A stretch of DNA of 64,000 nt from the human T2T-CHM13v2.0 reference genome, Homo sapiens: assembly GCF_009914755.1 (NCBI RefSeq), contig NC_060934.1. One strand, given 5' to 3'. The notes below the pieces were generated by a model. The model saw only the letters and a list, made by a program, of their open reading frames with translations, was not told the DNA's origin and made no database searches. Both the position numbers and the translations under genes were made by a program. This document shows, in pieces, positions 58,731 to 64,000 of this stretch; within the stretch, counting starts at the first letter, position 1; each line of letters begins with the position of its first letter.

Positions 58731-60071
58731 TGACTGTGAGCTCTAAATTGGTGCAGGCTCCTGTGCTGGCTGTCTATTAGGTTTATGTATAATATAATAC
58801 CCAAGTGACCCTAGGTCCACAGGGTAGAGGGGTTGAGGAGGGTAAGGAAGGTCAGCAACCATGCCTGTCTGAAGGCCATGTGGAGGTAGGGAATGGGGAG
58901 AAAGGGGATCAATTTAATCCAGAAAAAGCTGACTCTGCTACAGACTTGAGGAAATCCAGGTCCTTTTTCTTGTCTGAACTGCTACTTGCTCTCAGCAAAG
59001 AAATTGAGTTCTGCCAACTCCCACTCCAGCTGCAAAATGCAGCAGAGTCCTGGGTCTTGAGGTTGGAATTCCAGGCCCACTATCCCCACTAGCTTCTGTG
59101 AGTCCATCAGAAGATAGGACCTCAGATCTGCAACATTTACTTATCCTTGGCTTTCTGTCAAAAAGTCCAAGCAGATGGTATTCTCCTTCATCCCTTCTTA
59201 CAGACAGTGACAGATCCACTGCTCAAAATCCTTTTCCCACCCTAAGCAAGGCTATAGCAGAAACCATCTTCTTCTAGGCCTTACATGTTTAACCTAGCCA
59301 GCCAGAGGTTTATAAAAGACAACTTCCTCTATTTCCAGAGGTGAAAAAAAGCTAAAGTAGTCTATTTAAAATTTTCTCTCCTCAGACCCCAAAGAATAAA
59401 AAAACTTTTTAACTATTGGATGGAAATTCTTTTTTGTTCACTTAAAACAGATGATCCCCTTCTAGAGTAGAAACAGTTAATTGGTCTACAAAATAGTATT
59501 CTATAACATGTCTTATCCTTATCCCCAGTCTGTAAGCAAAAATTATATTGAAATCAAATTGAAATGATCCAAAGCGGCTACAAAGATAAAATTATTCTTC
59601 CAGAAACATGGTACTGTGGATAGAGAATTCAAGAAAACTCCTTTAGATGTCATATATACCACAACATATCACTTGAAAAAGAAAAAAAATCCTTTATGTA
59701 ACCATAAAAAATAAGATACTCATATTTTGCATTCTTATATAAATTCAATTGAATAATAGATTAGAACTTAAAATCAGTTTTTGTCAGAGTCAGTTCTCTC
59801 ATTATCACGCTTTCCTTTTCCCTGAATAAAACTATTATTAGTGGACTCATAATTTACTAGACTTTTGCCAAAAGACAAAGACTTTTACTTTGTTCATGTT
59901 TTTGCTTTAAGAAAAATATTCAATAAATATTTGATAAGTGTGTAAATAAAAAGTCATACTAAGCATCAAATTATAGCAATAAATATAAATGGCTTATATT
60001 TCTCCAAAGCCTCAGATTGAACTGAAAAAGCAAACTTCAATTTTCTGCTTACAAGAGTTATATCTAAAACA

Positions 60072-60392
<321 letters not shown>

Positions 60393-60874
60393 TTATATCT
60401 AACACAAAATGGCCCAAACATACTAAATATAAAAGGATTGCAGTAGCCAAAAATAAGAAGAAACATGAGCAAAGAGAAAAGAAAATCGGCAATATTAATA
60501 TAGCAGAAGTAGAATTTAAAGCAAATCAGTAAATCAAAAAATCAAAACAACAGTTTTACATTCACAAAGGTCAAATTAACTGGATTTACATGTAATTATT
60601 TATTTTTGCATGTTTTTGTTTGTTTGTTTAGGGGTGTGCCAAAAAGCCATTTGGGGATTTATGTATTCAATCTATTGTTTTGTGAGCAAAATAATCTGGA
60701 ATATTCACCAGATATGATAACAGTATACATAAAGTAAAAAACTACAAATACATAAATTATTGACAAAAAAATTGCCATGAGATGCTTTAATGGATCTATG
60801 ATGTATCCATAGCAGATAAAGTAAATTAAAAGATAAAAGATTTGGGTGGTGATGATAATGAATTATTTTATGTT

Positions 60875-62495
60875 GAGTTTTGCTTCACGTTACGATATAA
60901 AAAATTCCAAGAAATCCTTGCTCTCATCCTAACAGCCAAAACAACCTGGATAAACTAAACAATAGGTTTTCTGAACCCCAAAGAGAACTGAGGATGCAAA
61001 GTAACCTAAATGAATTCAACTCCCAAAAATGACAAACTATTTGTAGGAGATAAGATTCCTACAGCTGCTCTTACCCCTGCACTGCTAAAGTGTCAGGAGG
61101 AGGAAGAATCTTTGATAATTGAGGACAAGGAGAAACCAGCTGAATCTCTAAAAAATTTTAACAACTATGTATGGACTGGCATTCTATAGATTAGTGTCCC
61201 ATGCACAGAATTAGGGTGCTCCCCTCCAGTAATGCCTTCCACAGATTTCAAGAGGTTCTCAGGAGCAGTGTGCCAAGGGCTGGGAGGCAAGGCAGGAGAA
61301 GTGAGAGAGATACTGCCTGAGATGTGTGAGTTCTCCACCAAGTTCAAGGCAGCTAACCTATGAAGGTAGGGGAGTGGAGTAGGAAAGTCAAGAAAAATCA
61401 ACATGAGGCACTGTGGACTTTTGGCTACCAAGAGAAGAAGGCAGAGAAGGACAGCTGAGAGAAATTGCTCCAGAAATTTCAGGCAGACAGATATCTTCCC
61501 AGGTACAAAAAGCCTGCGGCAAGACCAGAAAGCAAAGAGAATGCCTACAACTCAAAATGCTGGTAATAAGGTGGTCAAGCTGTAAAGCTCAGAAAGCTGG
61601 AAGCTCAGCTATAAAGAACTAAGAATTCTCCAGAACTTTACCAGTACTCACACTGCCAAGGCCCAGAGAAAGGAAAGTCTTGATTATGCTCTTAAAATAT
61701 TTGCATCTATTGGTGAACCAAATCAAAATAAAGCTGCAATAAAAATCCATACCCAACCACACAAATTTTAACCCAGTCCCCGACTCTAGTAACCCTTCCT
61801 GGAGGTAACTATTATTTACTTCACTCTTTATTATTCTTTTATACAAAATAGCTGGCATCAATCAAAAATTACAAGACACATGAAGAATGATGAAAATGTA
61901 ATTTAAGATCAAGAGTAGAAATAGTCAGTAGAAGTAGACAGATTGTCTCTGATTCAGATTTTGGAATTGCCAAAGATTTTTAAAAAGCTATGGTAGGAAT
62001 GCTAAAGAATCTAGTAGGAACACGGAAAACATACATGAAGAGACAGGAAATTTATAGAGACATGGAAGCTATGAAAGAATCAAATGGAAATGCTAGAAAT
62101 TTTTTAGTGCAATATTAGAAATGAACTCAACTGATAAACTTAGTGGGACACTGGACTTGCAAAGGAAGGAATCGGTAAACTTACAGACAGGTCAATAGAA
62201 TTTTTTTCAATTTGAAATAAAGAGAAAAAACAAGTGAAAACAACAGAACAAAGAACCCGAGATCTGTGAGACAATATCAAATATTAAGCAGTTCCACATA
62301 CGTGTGACTGGAGTCCCAGGAGAGGGCAGAAAGAAGAGGAAAGAAAAATAGTTGAAGAGATAATGGCCAATATTTCCTCCAAATCAATTCAAGGAACTCA
62401 GAAAATCCTAAGCAAGATGAATGAGAAGAAAATCACACCAAGGCACATCATGGCCAACTACTGAAAATCAATATAAAGAGCCAATCTTCAGAGCA
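60875..62495 (+). mobile_element. Old L1 5' region/ORF1
   Basis: acaacctggataaact 5' motif; ORF1-like A-rich tract (gatctgtgagacaatatcaa...ggagtcccag...gaagagataatggcc). Confidence 0.65.
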
Positions 62496-62785
62496 ACCAC
62501 CTGGAATCCCAGCCCTCTGGGAGGCCAAGGCAAGTGAATCACTTGGGCCCAGGAGTTGAGGACCAGCCTGGGCAACATGACAAAACCCCACCTCTACGAA
62601 AAATACAAAAATTAGCCAGGTGTGGTGGCACACGCTTGTAGTCCCAGCTACTAGCGGGGGTAAGGTGGGAGGATCACCTGAGCCCAGGAGGTTGAGGCTG
62701 TAGTGAGCCATAATTGCACCACTGCATTCCAGCCTGGGCAATGGAGTGAGATCCTGTCTCAAGAAAAAAAAAACAAACAAAAACA
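62495..62785 (+). mobile_element. AluJ, 5'-truncated
   Basis: ggaggttgaggctgtagtgagcc; A-rich tail. Confidence 0.9.
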
Positions 62786-62833
62786 GAGCGACCAGAGAAA
62801 AAGTACAGAGGCAAAGGAAAATGGAATGATACC

Positions 62834-63108
62834 CTTTTTTTTTAACTATTTGATTTTTAATTTTAATTTCTGTGGGTACATAGTAGTTTTATATATTTAT
62901 GGGGTACATGAGTTTTTTTTAATACAGGCATGCAATGTGTAATAATCACATCATGTAAAATGGAGTACCCATCTGCTGAAGCATTTATTCTTTGTGTTAC
63001 CAACAATCCAATATATTATTTTAGTTATTTTTAAATGTACAGTTAAATTACTATTGGCTATAGTCACCCTGTTGTGCTGTCAAATACTAGGTCTTATTCA
63101 TTGTTTCT
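62834..63108 (-). mobile_element. L1MA (MA1-3-like) 3' end
   Basis: tgtgggtacatagtag...ggggtacatgag...atagtcaccctgttgtgct. Confidence 0.8.
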
Positions 63109-64000
63109 TTTTTTTTATTATTAAAGTTTTAGGGTACATGTGCACAACATGCAGGTTTGTTACATATGTATACATGTGCCATGTTGGTGTGCTGCACCCA
63201 TTAACTCATCATTAACATTAGGTGTATCTCCTAATGCTATCCCTCCCCCGTCCCCCCTACCACATGACAGGCCCCAGTGTGTGATGTTCCCCCTCCTGTG
63301 TCTGAGTGTTCTCATTGTTCAATTCCCACCTATGAGTGAGAACATGTGGTGTTTGGTTTTTGGTTCTTGCAATAGTTTGCTGAGAATGATGGTTTCCAGC
63401 TTCATCCATGTCCCTACAAAGGACATGAACTCATCCTTTTTTATGGCTGCATAGTATTCCATGGTGTATATGTGCCATATTTTCTTAATCCAGTATATCA
63501 TTGTTGGACATTTGGGTTGGTTCCAAGTCTTTGCTATTGTGAATAGTGCCACAATAAACATACATGCGCATGTGTCTTTATAGCAGCATGATTTATAATC
63601 CTTTGGGTATATACCCAGTAATGGGATGGCTGGGTCAAATGGTATTTCTAGTTCTAGATCCCTGAGGAATCGCCACACTGTCTTCCACAATGGTTGAACT
63701 AGTTTCCAGTCCCACCAACAGTGTAAAAGTGTTCCTATTTCTCCACATCCTCTCCAGCACCTGTTGTTTCCTGACTTTTTAATGACCACCATTCTAACTG
63801 GTGTGAGATGGTATCTCATTGTGGTTTTGATTTGCATTTCTCTGATGGCCAGTGATGGTGAGCATTTTTTCATGTGTCTTTTGGCTGCATAAATGTCTTC
63901 TTTTGAGAAGTGTCTGCTCCTATCCTTTGCCCACTTTTTGATGGGGATTTTTTTTTCTTGTAAATTTGTTTGAGTTTTTTGTAGATTCTGGATATTAGCC
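63109..64000 (-). mobile_element. L1PA (PA4/5-like) 3' end with ORF2 C-terminal remnant, running off the window
   Basis: ORF 63319-63873 matches the L1 ORF2p C-terminus ([26 protein letters not shown]...[16 protein letters not shown]); canonical 3' UTR. Confidence 0.97.

Noticed and set aside
63319-63873. L1 ORF2 C-terminus as an active L1
   Set aside because: Only the 3' end is in the window and it is diverged from L1HS, so activity cannot be supported.

Overview
Primate genomic DNA, probably human or another catarrhine given the AluY- and L1PA-type elements. It is intronic or intergenic, and I can support no protein-coding gene, RNA gene or CRISPR array. Much of the window is interspersed repeat: old L1M, L2, L3 and MIR; about 14 Alus or Alu fragments; MaLR/ERVL/ERV1 LTRs including a near-complete MSTA provirus; Tigger1, MER44, MARNA and hAT elements; a young L1PA 3' end; and a 2.2-kb palindromic AT-rich minisatellite. 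The only ORFs with recognisable protein similarity are Tigger1 transposase and L1 remnants. The most unusual signal is a set of locally templated insertions, in which short pieces were copied, direct or inverted, from the adjacent few bp up to about 3 kb away. Several show fold-back hairpins or microhomology at their junctions. They form two clusters (17.5-21.5 kb and 53-57.8 kb) and look like fossil template-switch or DNA-repair events rather than a new gene system. Repeat subfamily names come from my recall of consensus sequences and need RepeatMasker/Dfam confirmation. Boundaries of old repeats are approximate, and identities were counted by eye.
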